A DNA stretch of 64,000 bases. Origin: an uncultured Alphaproteobacteria bacterium. Its GTDB lineage: Bacteria; Pseudomonadota; Alphaproteobacteria; CAWJRW01. Positions 54,677 through 64,000 of the stretch are shown piece by piece. Where the stretch lies: NCBI GenBank assembly GCA_963845385.1, contig CAWJRW010000006.1, positions 711,450 to 775,449 of the forward strand, written 5' to 3'. Below the pieces are notes generated by a model. It saw only the letters and a program-made list of their open reading frames with translations. It was not told where the DNA came from and ran no database searches. Every line of letters starts with the position of its first letter. Positions within the stretch are counted from its first letter, which is position 1. Made by a program: the position numbers and the translations under genes.

Positions 54677-56053
54677 ATGAAAGTGCTCATCTGCGGGGCG
54701 GGGCTCGTGGGCGCGAGCATCGCGCGCCAGCTCGCCACCGAGGGCAACAACGTCACGGTTGTCGACCTTTCGGCCGACATCATCCGTGAGATCACCGACG
54801 AGCTCGATGTCCGTGGGCTCGTCGGCCACGGCGCCTACCCCGACACGCTCGACAAGGCGGGGGCCGCCGACTCCGACATGCTCATCGCGGTGACGCATTC
54901 GGACGAGGTGAACATGGTCGCCTGCCAAGTCGCCCATTCGCTCTTCAACGTGCCCCTCAAGATCGCGCGCATCCGCGCGCAGAGCTACCTCAAGTCCATG
55001 TGGCAGGATCTGTTTTCGAAAAGTCACTTGCCGATCGACGTCACGATCTCGCCCGAGCTCGAGGTGGCCCAGTCGGTGTTGCGGCGGCTGGACGCGCCGG
55101 GCTCTTTCGAGGTGATGGATTTCGCGAACGGCCGCGTACAGGTGGTGGGCGTGCGAATCGAGGAAGATTGTCCCGTCGTCGACACGCCGTTGCGCCAGCT
55201 CACGGAGCTCTTTCCCGATCTTCATGCCGTGGTCGCGGCCATTGTGCGCGGCGGGCGGCTTTTTGTTCCGTCATCGAGCGAAGAAATGGCGGTGGGCGAC
55301 GACGTCTATTTCATCGCGGCGCGCGAGCGTGTCCGCCGCACGCTCGATATCTTCGGTCACCCGGAACGCGAGGCGCGGCGCGTCATCGTCATCGGCGCAG
55401 GCCATATCGGCGTGAGCGTGGCGCGCGAGATCGAGGAGCGCCATGCCTCTGTCAAAGTGCGTGTCATCGAGGCCGACAAGGAGCAGGCCGAGCGTGCGGC
55501 CGATCAGCTCTCGCGAACGGTCGTGCTGTTCGGCGACGGCCTCGACCAGCAAGTGCTTGCGGAGGCTGGCGCGGCCGATGCGGAAGCGATCATCGCGGTG
55601 ACCAACAACGACGAGGTGAATATTCTGGCTTCCGTGTTGGCCAAGCAGGCCGGTGCCAAGCGAGCACTCGTCCTCATCAACAACACGGCCTACGGACCGC
55701 TCACGCATTCGCTCGACATCGACGCCTATATCAATCCGCGGGCGACCACGGTTTCGACCATCATGCAGCATGTGCGACGCGGCCGCATCAAGGCGCTGCA
55801 GGCACTTCACGAGGGTGAGGCGGAAGTCATCGAGGCCGAGGCGCTTGCGACCTCGCCCCTTGTCGGACGGCCCTTGCGCGACGCGCAGATTCCCGATGGC
55901 GTCATCATTGGAGCGGTGGTGCGCAAAGACACCGTAATTTTTCCGCGCGGAGAGACGGAGATCGAGACGGGTGACCATGTAGTCACCCTCGCCAGGCGCG
56001 ATGCCGTGCGCAAGGTGGAGCAACTCTTCCGCGTCAGCCTCGACTATTTCTGA
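54677..56053 (+). CDS. trkA: Trk potassium uptake system NAD-binding protein TrkA, intact (458 aa)
   Basis: MKVLICGAGLVGASIARQL and second RCK-N VIVIGAGHIGVSVARE. Confidence 0.93.
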   Translation: MKVLICGAGLVGASIARQLATEGNNVTVVDLSADIIREITDELDVRGLVGHGAYPDTLDKAGAADSDMLIAVTHSDEVNMVACQVAHSLFNVPLKIARIRAQSYLKSMWQDLFSKSHLPIDVTISPELEVAQSVLRRLDAPGSFEVMDFANGRVQVVGVRIEEDCPVVDTPLRQLTELFPDLHAVVAAIVRGGRLFVPSSSEEMAVGDDVYFIAARERVRRTLDIFGHPEREARRVIVIGAGHIGVSVAREIEERHASVKVRVIEADKEQAERAADQLSRTVVLFGDGLDQQVLAEAGAADAEAIIAVTNNDEVNILASVLAKQAGAKRALVLINNTAYGPLTHSLDIDAYINPRATTVSTIMQHVRRGRIKALQALHEGEAEVIEAEALATSPLVGRPLRDAQIPDGVIIGAVVRKDTVIFPRGETEIETGDHVVTLARRDAVRKVEQLFRVSLDYF

Positions 56054-56067
56054 GGCACGGCGCGACT

Positions 56068-57552
56068 GTGGCCGAAGTCACCTCACGCACCGTAACACCC
56101 GCTCTTGCGAGCCTGACCTATTTGTTGGGATTTCTCGTCATCGTGCTCGCGGGCGCGATGCTCGTGCCGACCTTCGTCGCCGCTCATGAAGGCGCCAAGT
56201 CCGTCGCCGCGGGGTTCGCGCTTACGTCCCTCGGCGGCGCCTTTGTGGGCGGCAGCTTGGTCTTTGCCATGCAAGGCGCAGAGCGGCAGACCCGCATGCC
56301 CGACGTCATCGCGCTCGTGACGCTTGCTTGGCTTCTTCTGCCCTTCTTCGCGGCCATCCCGCTCCTCGCTGCAGGCGCCGCCGGAAGCGTCACCGACGCC
56401 TATTTCGAGGCGATGTCCGCGTTCACGACCACGGGCGCCACGGTGCTCGCCGATCTCGACCATCTGCCGCAGGCCATTCTCGTTTGGCGCGCGCTGCTTG
56501 CTTGGCTCGGGGGCTATGCCAGCGTCGTCATGGCGGCGACGCTCCTCTCGGGGTTTGGCACCGCAGGCGAGGCAGTCCATCGGCCGCTGCTTCCGATCGG
56601 CGGCGAGGGAGCAAAGCTCGCGCGTCTTGCCCACACGTTGCGCGACTTCTTGGCGATTTATGTCACGGTGACGCTGTTCGGCTTCGTCCTGTTGCGCATC
56701 GACGGCATGCCGACGCTCGCTGCCCTTTGCTCGAGTTTATCGACGATCGCAACGGCCGGGCTCTCCCACGGCGCGCAAGCGGTCACAGGCGAAGCGGGTC
56801 CGCTCAGCGACGCCGTTCTGGCATTCCTCATGGTGTTCGGTGCTACGAGCTTCCTCGTGCATTGGGCGGTGTGGCGCGGACACTTGCGTGCGTATTTGGA
56901 GGATATCGAGTTGCGCCTGCTTTTGCTGATGCTTGTCCTCGCATTTTCCATCTTTCTGCTCGCGCGCTTCACGGTCGAAGGCAAGACGCCGGGTGGGCAT
57001 CAGTGGGCGGCGCTCCTCTTCGATGCAGTTTCCATCGTCACGACCACCGGGCTCTGGCGCGGCACGATGCCACTCGCATCAGGGCTTGTGCTGGGCGTGA
57101 TCGCATTTGCCTTGATCGGCGGCGCCAGCATGTCCACGGCGGGCGGCATGAAGCTCATTCGCTTCGCGCTGCTGGTCCAGCAATTGCGGGGGGAGGTGCG
57201 CAGGCTCACCCATCCGCGCAGCGTGGTCCGCATGCGCTACAAGGGCCAACCGCTCGATCCCAGTCTCCTGATCGGCGTGTGGGCGCTCTTTGCCGCCTAT
57301 TTTGCGCTGCTTGCCTTCACGACGCTCGCGCTTTCAGGGTTCGGCTTGGGTCTCATACCAGCTCTTGCGATGGCGACATCGGCGCTCTCCAACACGGGCC
57401 CCCTCTATCTCTTGCTTCCCGAAGGCGCCGCGGCGGGCTATGCGCCGCTACCCGATGCGGCGAAGCTTCTGCTTGCGGTGATCATGGCGGCGGGCCGGCT
57501 CGAGGTCTTGGCGCTCTTGAGTTTCATGAGCGCGGCCTATTGGCGAAGGTAA
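56068..57552 (+). CDS. trkH: Trk potassium uptake membrane protein TrkH (copy 2), intact
   Basis: [34 protein letters not shown] selectivity-loop-like repeats. Confidence 0.9.
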   Translation: MAEVTSRTVTPALASLTYLLGFLVIVLAGAMLVPTFVAAHEGAKSVAAGFALTSLGGAFVGGSLVFAMQGAERQTRMPDVIALVTLAWLLLPFFAAIPLLAAGAAGSVTDAYFEAMSAFTTTGATVLADLDHLPQAILVWRALLAWLGGYASVVMAATLLSGFGTAGEAVHRPLLPIGGEGAKLARLAHTLRDFLAIYVTVTLFGFVLLRIDGMPTLAALCSSLSTIATAGLSHGAQAVTGEAGPLSDAVLAFLMVFGATSFLVHWAVWRGHLRAYLEDIELRLLLLMLVLAFSIFLLARFTVEGKTPGGHQWAALLFDAVSIVTTTGLWRGTMPLASGLVLGVIAFALIGGASMSTAGGMKLIRFALLVQQLRGEVRRLTHPRSVVRMRYKGQPLDPSLLIGVWALFAAYFALLAFTTLALSGFGLGLIPALAMATSALSNTGPLYLLLPEGAAAGYAPLPDAAKLLLAVIMAAGRLEVLALLSFMSAAYWRR

Positions 57553-57567
57553 CGAAACTCATGGCCC

Positions 57568-58440
57568 GCATTGCCTATGTAAACGGTCGCTATCTGCCGC
57601 TCGCGCATGCAGGGGTTTCGGTCGAGGACCGCGCTTATCAGTTTGCCGACGGAGTCTACGAAGTCTTCGCGCTGCGCGAAGGCGCGCTGCTCGATTTCGA
57701 GGGGCACATGGCGCGTCTTGCGCGCTCGCTTCGCGAGCTCCGAATTGCGGCGCCCATGAGCGAGGCCGCGCTGAAACACGTCATCTTGGAGACCGTGCGC
57801 CGCAACCGGCTTACGGACGGTCTCGTCTATCTTCAGGTGAGCCGCGGGGCAGGGCGGCGCGATCACGGCTTCCCGCCGCCCGGAACGCGCAGGAGCTTGG
57901 TCGTCACCGTGCGGCCTATATCGTGGCAGGCGAACGAAGCGCGGGCAAAGGTGGGCGTGGCCGTAATCACGGTGCCGGACCTGCGCTGGCAACGTTGCGA
58001 CATAAAGTCCGTGGCCTTGCTCCCGAACGTGCTCGCGAAGCAAAGGCGCGTGAGGCCGACGCCGTGGAGGCGTGGTTCGTCGGCGCTGACGGCAAGGTCG
58101 CCGAAGGCGCCTCGTCCAACGCCTGGATCGTCGTCGAGGGTTCGACGCATCGTGACGCGCGCCCTCGACCATGCGATCTTGCCGGGCATAACGCGCGCCA
58201 CACTCTTGCGGGCGGCCGAGTTGCTCAAGCTCAAAGTCGTCGAGCGCGCCTTCACGGTCGCCGAAGCATTGCAAGCCGACGAAGCCTTCAATACGGGTGC
58301 CGCCACCTTCGTGACGCCTGTTGTGCGGATCGATGGCGCAACCATCGGCGCGGGAAGGCCGGGGCCGGTGGCCTTAGCGTTGAGGCAGGCCTATCTCCGT
58401 CTGGCCTCGCGCCTCATCGTGGATTTTCTCGCACATGCGA
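57568..58440 (+). CDS. D-amino-acid / branched-chain aminotransferase class IV, frame changes near 58030 and 58150; 3' end uncertain
   Basis: [35 protein letters not shown] ... then [22 protein letters not shown] in frame 57923, then [11 protein letters not shown]. Confidence 0.75.
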
Positions 58441-58532
58441 AAGAAAGCTGCTGTATGATCGGGCCGGTAAGTTCTGTCACCTCCCTTCAACCGTGCGTAC
58501 CCAACGCGACGCGAGAGAACTGGGGTCTACCC

Positions 58533-58778
58533 ATGTCCAACGACAAGCCGCAAAACCTCCAAGACACCTTCCTAAACCACGTTCGCAAGGCCAAGACGCC
58601 GCTCACGATCTTTCTGGTGAACGGGGTCAAACTGCAGGGCGTCATCACCTGGTTCGACAATTTCTGCGTGCTGCTGCGCCGTGACGGGCACTCGCAGTTG
58701 GTCTACAAGCACGCCATCTCCACGGTAATGCCGACGGGGCCCATCCAGCTCTTCGAGGGTGACACCGGGGAGGAGTGA
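58533..58778 (+). CDS. hfq: RNA chaperone Hfq
   Basis: [59 protein letters not shown]. Confidence 0.95.
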   Translation: MSNDKPQNLQDTFLNHVRKAKTPLTIFLVNGVKLQGVITWFDNFCVLLRRDGHSQLVYKHAISTVMPTGPIQLFEGDTGEE

Positions 58779-58847
58779 GACGAAGTCTCTGGGCCACCGT
58801 ATTGCGTCGTGCAAAGGCATCGCTCCCGGTCTAGGGTTGCTCGGGCC

Positions 58848-60196
58848 ATGACCGACGAGCGCAAGCCGACGCGCCTTACGGTGCACGGGCGAGGCGCCAC
58901 GCGCGCCATCGTTCTGCACCCGGAGCATGGCGCGCGCGAGCGCCTGAGCGCGCGCAGCGCCGCCTCGCGACTCGAGGAGGCGAAGGCGCTCGCCGAAGCG
59001 ATCGCGCTCCATGTCGTCCATGCGGACATCGTGACGCAGCGAAGCGTGCGGCCGGCGACTTACTTCGGCACGGGCAAAGTGGAGGAGATCGGCGCACTGA
59101 TGGACGCACTCGAGGCCGAGCTCGTCATCGTCAACAGTGCGCTCACGCCGGTCCAGCAGCGCAATCTGGAGCGCGCTTGGAAGACCAAGGTCATCGATCG
59201 CACCGGCCTCATCCTGGAAATTTTCGGCGAGCGGGCGCAGACGCGCGAGGGCCGGCTGCAAGTCGAGCTCGCGCATTTGACTTATCAGCGGAGCCGGCTC
59301 GTGCGCTCCTGGACCCATCTCGAGCGCCAGCGCGGCGGCATGGGCTTCCTCGGCGGCCCCGGCGAGACGCAGATCGAGGCCGACCGGCGCGTGCTCGCCG
59401 TGCGCATCACGCGACTCAAGGACGAGCTCAAAGCCGTCACGCGCACCCGCGGGCTCCAGCGCCGCGCGCGCAAGCGCGTGCCCTATCCCGTGGTGGCGCT
59501 GGTTGGCTACACCAACGCCGGCAAGTCGACGCTCTTCAACGCGCTGACGAAGGCGGAAGGTCTATGTCGAGGATCTGTCTGTTCGCGACGCTCGATCCCA
59601 CCATGCGCGCGCTTTCGCTGCCCGGGCGGCCTGACGGCGATCCTGTCCGACACCGTGGGCTTCATCTCGGATTTGCCGACCGATCTCGTCGCGGCCTTTC
59701 GCGCGACGCTGGAAGAGGTGCAGCGAGGCCGATCTCATCCTCCACGTGCGCGACATCTCGCATCCCGAAACCGAGGATCAGCGCGAGGACGTGCATGCTG
59801 TGCTCGATTCTCTCGGCCTCACCGAGCCCGAGCGCCAAGGCGCGCATCATCGAAGTGTGGAACAAGATCGACCGGCTCGAGCCGCCGCGGCCGCTCGCCG
59901 ATCAGGGCGCGCGCGGAGCGAAGCGGGGACGCGGTCGCCGTTTCGGCGCTCACGGGCGTGGGGCTTGGATGCGCTCGAAAAGCGCAATCGCGCGGAAACT
60001 GACCTGCGGCCGCGAGACGGTGGACTTGGTGCTCGCGCCGGATCGAGGGCGCGCTCATGGCTTGGCTTTACCGGCGCGGCACCGTGCTCCAGCGCGAGAA
60101 CAACACGCCGACGGCTCGGTGCATCTGCGCGCGAGCCTCTCGCCCGAGGATTTGAGCCGCTTGGACGAGCGGCTGAAGGAGGTTCAGCGCTCGTGA
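58848..60196 (+). CDS. hflX: GTPase HflX, at least three frame changes
   Basis: VALVGYTNAGKSTLFNALT (G1), DTVGFISDLP (G3), NKIDRL (G4) spread over several frames. Confidence 0.88.
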
Positions 60197-61021
60197 AAAT
60201 TCCCGATCTCGAGCACGTGGCGAAGCTGATCGTCGAGATCGCGTCGGAGGAGATCGTGCCGCGTTTTCGCAATCTTGCCAAAGGCGAGGTGATGGAGAAG
60301 GGCCGCGGCGACATCGTCACGAAAGCCGATCAGGAGACCGAGCGCAGGCTCACGGCGGTATTGCGCGATCTTCTTCCCGGCTCGCGGGTCGTGGGCGAGG
60401 AGGCGGCGCACGACAATCCCGAGCTCGTCGCCGAGATTGCCAAGGAAGGCGCGGTCTGGGTTGTCGATCCCCTGGACGGCACGAACAATTTCGCCCGCGG
60501 GCAGCGAGCGCTTCGCCGTGATGGTGGGGCTGGTCGTGAACGGCGAAGCCGTGGCGGGCTGGATTCACGTGCCGCCGCGGGGCGTGACGGCGGTGGCCGA
60601 GCGCGGGCAGGGCGCCTTCATCGCCGCGCGCAGGCTCGCCGTCGCGCCCGAGCGGCCGCTTTCGGCCATGCGCGCCTCGGTTCATACGGGCTTTCTGCCC
60701 AAAGAGATCAAGGAGCGCGTGAAGGCCGCGGTTCACAAGCTTGGATCCAATGAAGAAATTTATTGCGCCGGCCAGGTCTATCTGGCGCTCGCCGAGGGCG
60801 AGCTCGACGGCGCCTTGTTCTGGCGGACGAAGCCTTGGGACCACGCCATGGGCGCGCTCATCTTGAGCGAGGCGGGCGGCGTCCACGGCCTTCCCGACGG
60901 CACCCCCTATGCGCCGACATTCGTCGACCGCTTTGGCCTGATCGCAGCGAGCGGAAAGGCCACGTGGCGCGCGCTCCGCGATCTTCTCTTTCCCGAGGAG
61001 TTGCGGGACGTACGCCCATGA
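60193..61021 (+). CDS. Inositol monophosphatase family protein (IMPase/CysQ-like). GTG start overlaps the hflX stop. Frame change near 60490.
   Basis: WVVDPLDGTNNFA metal-binding motif. Confidence 0.7.
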
Positions 61022-61893
61022 ATTTGAGGTCTCTCGCCAAACGCGCGGTGGCACTCCTGCCGCCTTTTCTCGGCAGATCGGTGAACGCCTACAGGCGCCG
61101 GCGCTGGCGGCGTAACTTCGCCATGCAGTATTACCGGCCAGAGCTTGAGCGCCTTGCGCGCTGGGTGCGTCAAGACACGGAGGACACAAACTTTTACTAC
61201 GCGGTCACACCGCTCAACCGCCTGCATCTCGCCCACATGGTGAGCATCGTTGCAGGCGCGGCTGTGGAAACCGTGCTTTCGCTCTTTGCTGAGATCGAGG
61301 AGGACGCGGCGCTGCGCGCGCATCTGGAAGTGGGGAGCAAAACCCATATCGGCCGCGACACGCGCGTCGCCTATGGCCGACGCATCGGCTGGTATGCGCT
61401 CGCGCGCCTCCTGAAGCCCCGGGTGGTGATCGAGACAGGCGTCGACCACGGCATCGGCGCCTGCATGCTTTCAAGCGCTCTTTTGCGCAATGCCGCCGAA
61501 GGGACCCCCGGCCGCTATTTCGGCACCGAAATCCGGCGCGAGGCGGGCTTCCTGCTTGCTGGCGCCTATGCGCAGGTAGGAACGGTTCTCTACGGAGACT
61601 CCATCCAATCACTCGCCCAATTTGCCGAGCCCATAGATCTTTTCATCAACGACAGTGACCATTCGGCAGACTACGAGTACCGGGAGTACAAAACCATCGC
61701 GCCAAAGCTCGGACCACATGCCGTCATTCTTGGCGATAATTGCCACGGGTCCGACAGCCTGCCGCGCTTTTCCCGCGAGACGGGAAGACCATTCCTGTTT
61801 TTCGCCGAGGAGCCCGCCGAGCACTGGTATCCGGGGGCGGGTATCGGGTTTTCCTTGCCACCGCATTGGGCGTTCAACGCTCTGCGGTCTTAG
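61018..61893 (+). CDS. CmcI/TylF-like class I SAM-dependent O-methyltransferase (291 aa). Start overlaps the IMPase stop (ATGA).
   Basis: PRVVIETGVDHGIGACML ... DLFINDSDHSADYEY ... AVILGDN. Confidence 0.5.
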   Translation: MNLRSLAKRAVALLPPFLGRSVNAYRRRRWRRNFAMQYYRPELERLARWVRQDTEDTNFYYAVTPLNRLHLAHMVSIVAGAAVETVLSLFAEIEEDAALRAHLEVGSKTHIGRDTRVAYGRRIGWYALARLLKPRVVIETGVDHGIGACMLSSALLRNAAEGTPGRYFGTEIRREAGFLLAGAYAQVGTVLYGDSIQSLAQFAEPIDLFINDSDHSADYEYREYKTIAPKLGPHAVILGDNCHGSDSLPRFSRETGRPFLFFAEEPAEHWYPGAGIGFSLPPHWAFNALRS

Positions 61894-62693
61894 CCTCGTT
61901 CCAGAGCGCATCCAACTCGCTTAGACTTGCGTCCTGGGGATTTTTACCTTGCTCCTCGAGCCGCCTTTCGACTTCGCGAAAGCGTCGCTCGACCTTGCGG
62001 TTGGCCGCCTGCAACGCGACCTCGGCGTCGATGTCGAGCAGACGGCTCACATTGGCGCAAGCGAACAGGAGATCGCCGAGCTCTTCGGCGAGGCGCGCGG
62101 GCGCCGTGCCCGCCGCCCCCGCCGCCATCTCGCGCTCGAGCTCGTTGAGTTCTTCTTTGAGCTTGCCGAACGCCTCTTGTGCATTCGGCCAATCGAAGCC
62201 CACGCGCTTCAAGCGCCGCTGAATTTTCGCGGCGCGGGCAAGCGCTGGTAGGGCCAGGGGCACGCCGTCGAGAATACTTGCGCCACGGCTCTTCGTCGCG
62301 CGCCGCTCGTGCTCCTTGTGCGCTTCCCAGGCTTCAGTCTGGGCATGCGCCGTGTCGATCTTGGCGCTGCCGAAGACGTGCGGATGGCGGCGCTCCATTT
62401 TGTCGACGAGCGCGTCGACGACCGCGGCAAAAGTCGAAGCTCCCGCGCTCGCTCGCCATCTCCGCGTGAAACACGACTTGGAACAGGAGATCGCCGAGCT
62501 CTTCCTTGAGCGCCGTCATATCGTCGCGCGCAATGGCGTCGGCAACTTCATAGGCCTCCTCGATGGTGTAGGGCGCGATGGTCTCGAAGCTTTGCACGCG
62601 ATCCCAGGGACAGCCGCGCGTGGGATCGCGCAAGGTGTGCATGAGCGCGAGAAGCGCGTCCATGCGTCCTGAAGACTTGGCTTGTTTCGTCAT
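61874..62693 (-). CDS. mazG: Nucleoside triphosphate pyrophosphohydrolase MazG, frame change near 62400-62470
   Basis: [32 protein letters not shown] and second [17 protein letters not shown]. Confidence 0.8.
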
Positions 62694-62723
62694 GTCCGCA
62701 TCATGCGGGAATTGCCCGGGCAT

Positions 62724-63212
62724 TCAATGACCCCAGGGCATGGGAATGTCGGGTTTGGCGCTCATGAGCCACAAGATCGCGAGCACGGACGTGAAGGCGG
62801 GAAAACCGAAAGCGAACCAGATGGCGTAAAGGCGATGATAGAGAGCGGGCAGGGGTGCATGCTCGACTGCCGCGTGCCGGGCGAGATCGCGGAGACGCAT
62901 CTGTATGAAAACTACCGGCAACCAAAAAACGCCGGCAACGATGTAGAGCACGAGGGAAAGCGCGATCCAACCCTCGGCGAGGCTTCGGCCAGTTTCATAG
63001 ACAAGCGCAAGACCCGTGACCGGCTGCGCCACAACAGAAGTTGCCGTGAAGATGAAATCGGCGATTACAACGGTCGAGGCGACATGGGCGATGAGCCGCG
63101 CATCGCGCGTGCGGTGTGCGACCACCATGAAGAAGGCGATGCCCGCACCGGTGCCGAGGAGCACCGCGGCGCCGACCATGTGCAGCCAGCGCAGCGTATC
63201 GAGCCAGGTCAT
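62724..63212 (-). CDS. DUF2269-like integral membrane protein
   Basis: Four hydrophobic helices; LHMVGAAVLLGTGAGIAFF. Confidence 0.45.
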   Translation of the reverse strand: MTWLDTLRWLHMVGAAVLLGTGAGIAFFMVVAHRTRDARLIAHVASTVVIADFIFTATSVVAQPVTGLALVYETGRSLAEGWIALSLVLYIVAGVFWLPVVFIQMRLRDLARHAAVEHAPLPALYHRLYAIWFAFGFPAFTSVLAILWLMSAKPDIPMPWGH

Positions 63213-63225
63213 AGCGCTTCCCAAA

Positions 63226-64000
63226 TCATCGCTCCCGCATCTCACCGAGAAGCACGAGAGCCAGCACGATGGCCGGCACCACCTTGATGAGCGGCCCAAG
63301 CGGATCCGCCCAGAGATCGGGGGTGAGAAGAGTGGCGCCAGCGAGATAGACTAGAGAAAGCGCGATCATGGCTTGCGCGGCTCGCGCGCAAAGTCCGCGA
63401 ATGAGGAGCGCTCCGCCGACCACGATATCCAGACCACCGCCCGTCAAGGCGATCAGCATTTGCCAGCGGCCCGGCCATGCCATGGTGCATGAGGACAGCC
63501 GCAGCGGCGTCAAGCCGCATGAGCGCAATAAACCCGGAGAGCATCCAAAAAAGCGAGAGCGCGCCCACGACCACGGGCTTCAAGAGCCAAGCGCGTGCGA
63601 ACCAGCGTTCCTGCACCGTGGATGGTATCCGCTCGAGCGTCCGGGCCAAGGATGTTGCGGGTGGCGGCACCCGTTTCCGCGAGCCAAGTGCTGGGATCGC
63701 CGATAACGCCGGCGTTGATCTCGGCGAAGGCTGTGGAGCAAAGTGGCGACCGCCAGCCGAGCCATCGCAAGCCATCGCCGATCTTGAGCAATGGCACGCC
63801 GAGCCATCTCGGTACGCGGAATAGCCGCGCCGGCAGGAATCCGAGCCAGGCGCGCAGTGCAACGAGGATCTCTTCGAGCGTGTGCGTTTCTGCCTCGACG
63901 AGATCGTAGAGTCTCCGGCTCTGCACGCGACCCTCGATGGCCGAAACCACCGCCGCGGCAACATCATCGGCATGAATGGTCTGAATTCTTTGGCTTCCGC
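63226..64000 (-). CDS. NAD(P)-binding SDR/NmrA-like protein fused to a C-terminal DoxX-like membrane domain. 5' end outside window. Frame changes present.
   Basis: IQTIHADDVAAAVVSAIEG (epimerase C-terminus) and C-terminal LIALTGGGLDIVVGGALLIRG...LVYLAGATLL. Confidence 0.5.

Noticed and set aside
56328-58778. 816-aa ORF spanning trkH-2, dat and hfq
   Set aside because: Artefact: an alternative frame of trkH-2 fused to the dat and hfq frames because no stop intervenes; the real genes are trkH (56068-57552), dat and hfq

Overview
High-GC (~65-70%) alphaproteobacterial chromosomal segment with Rhizobiales/Rhodospirillales-like housekeeping gene order: ssb, gyrA-coaD, queA-tgt, ftsB-pdhA-pdhB-pdhC-lpdA-lipA-ratA, ispDF-pgpA-cinA, ntrB-ntrC-ntrY-ntrX-trkA-trkH-dat-hfq-hflX, mazG. 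Two tRNAs are present: tRNA-Lys(UUU) on the plus strand and tRNA-Val(CAC) on the minus strand. The accessory content is: (1) a tandem array of four diverged ~160-aa PAS_5/DUF1457-like paralogs plus a 5' gene fragment between tgt and tRNA-Lys; (2) a visibly lower-GC ~8 kb island (about 26.6-34.9 kb) bracketed by decayed IS3/IS110 and IS5 transposase remnants and lying next to tRNA-Val, encoding a divergent cluster of five SAM methyltransferases, an ATP-grasp ligase, a metallophosphoesterase, an SDR epimerase, a GT2 polyprenyl-phosphate glycosyltransferase and a PhyH dioxygenase (putative glycan-decoration system); (3) a small lower-GC patch (1.2-2.3 kb) with two 120-aa coiled-coil/TM proteins sharing an SOS-box-containing intergenic region with ssb; (4) composite GC-rich palindromic repeat elements inserted in-frame into the lipoyl-linker regions of pdhB and pdhC. 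Many conserved genes (gyrA, lpdA, lipA, ntrB/C/Y, hflX, ispDF and others) carry one or more frameshifts while neighbouring genes are intact. This pattern most likely reflects indel errors in the assembly rather than true pseudogenes, so gene boundaries are approximate. No CRISPR array or rRNA was seen.
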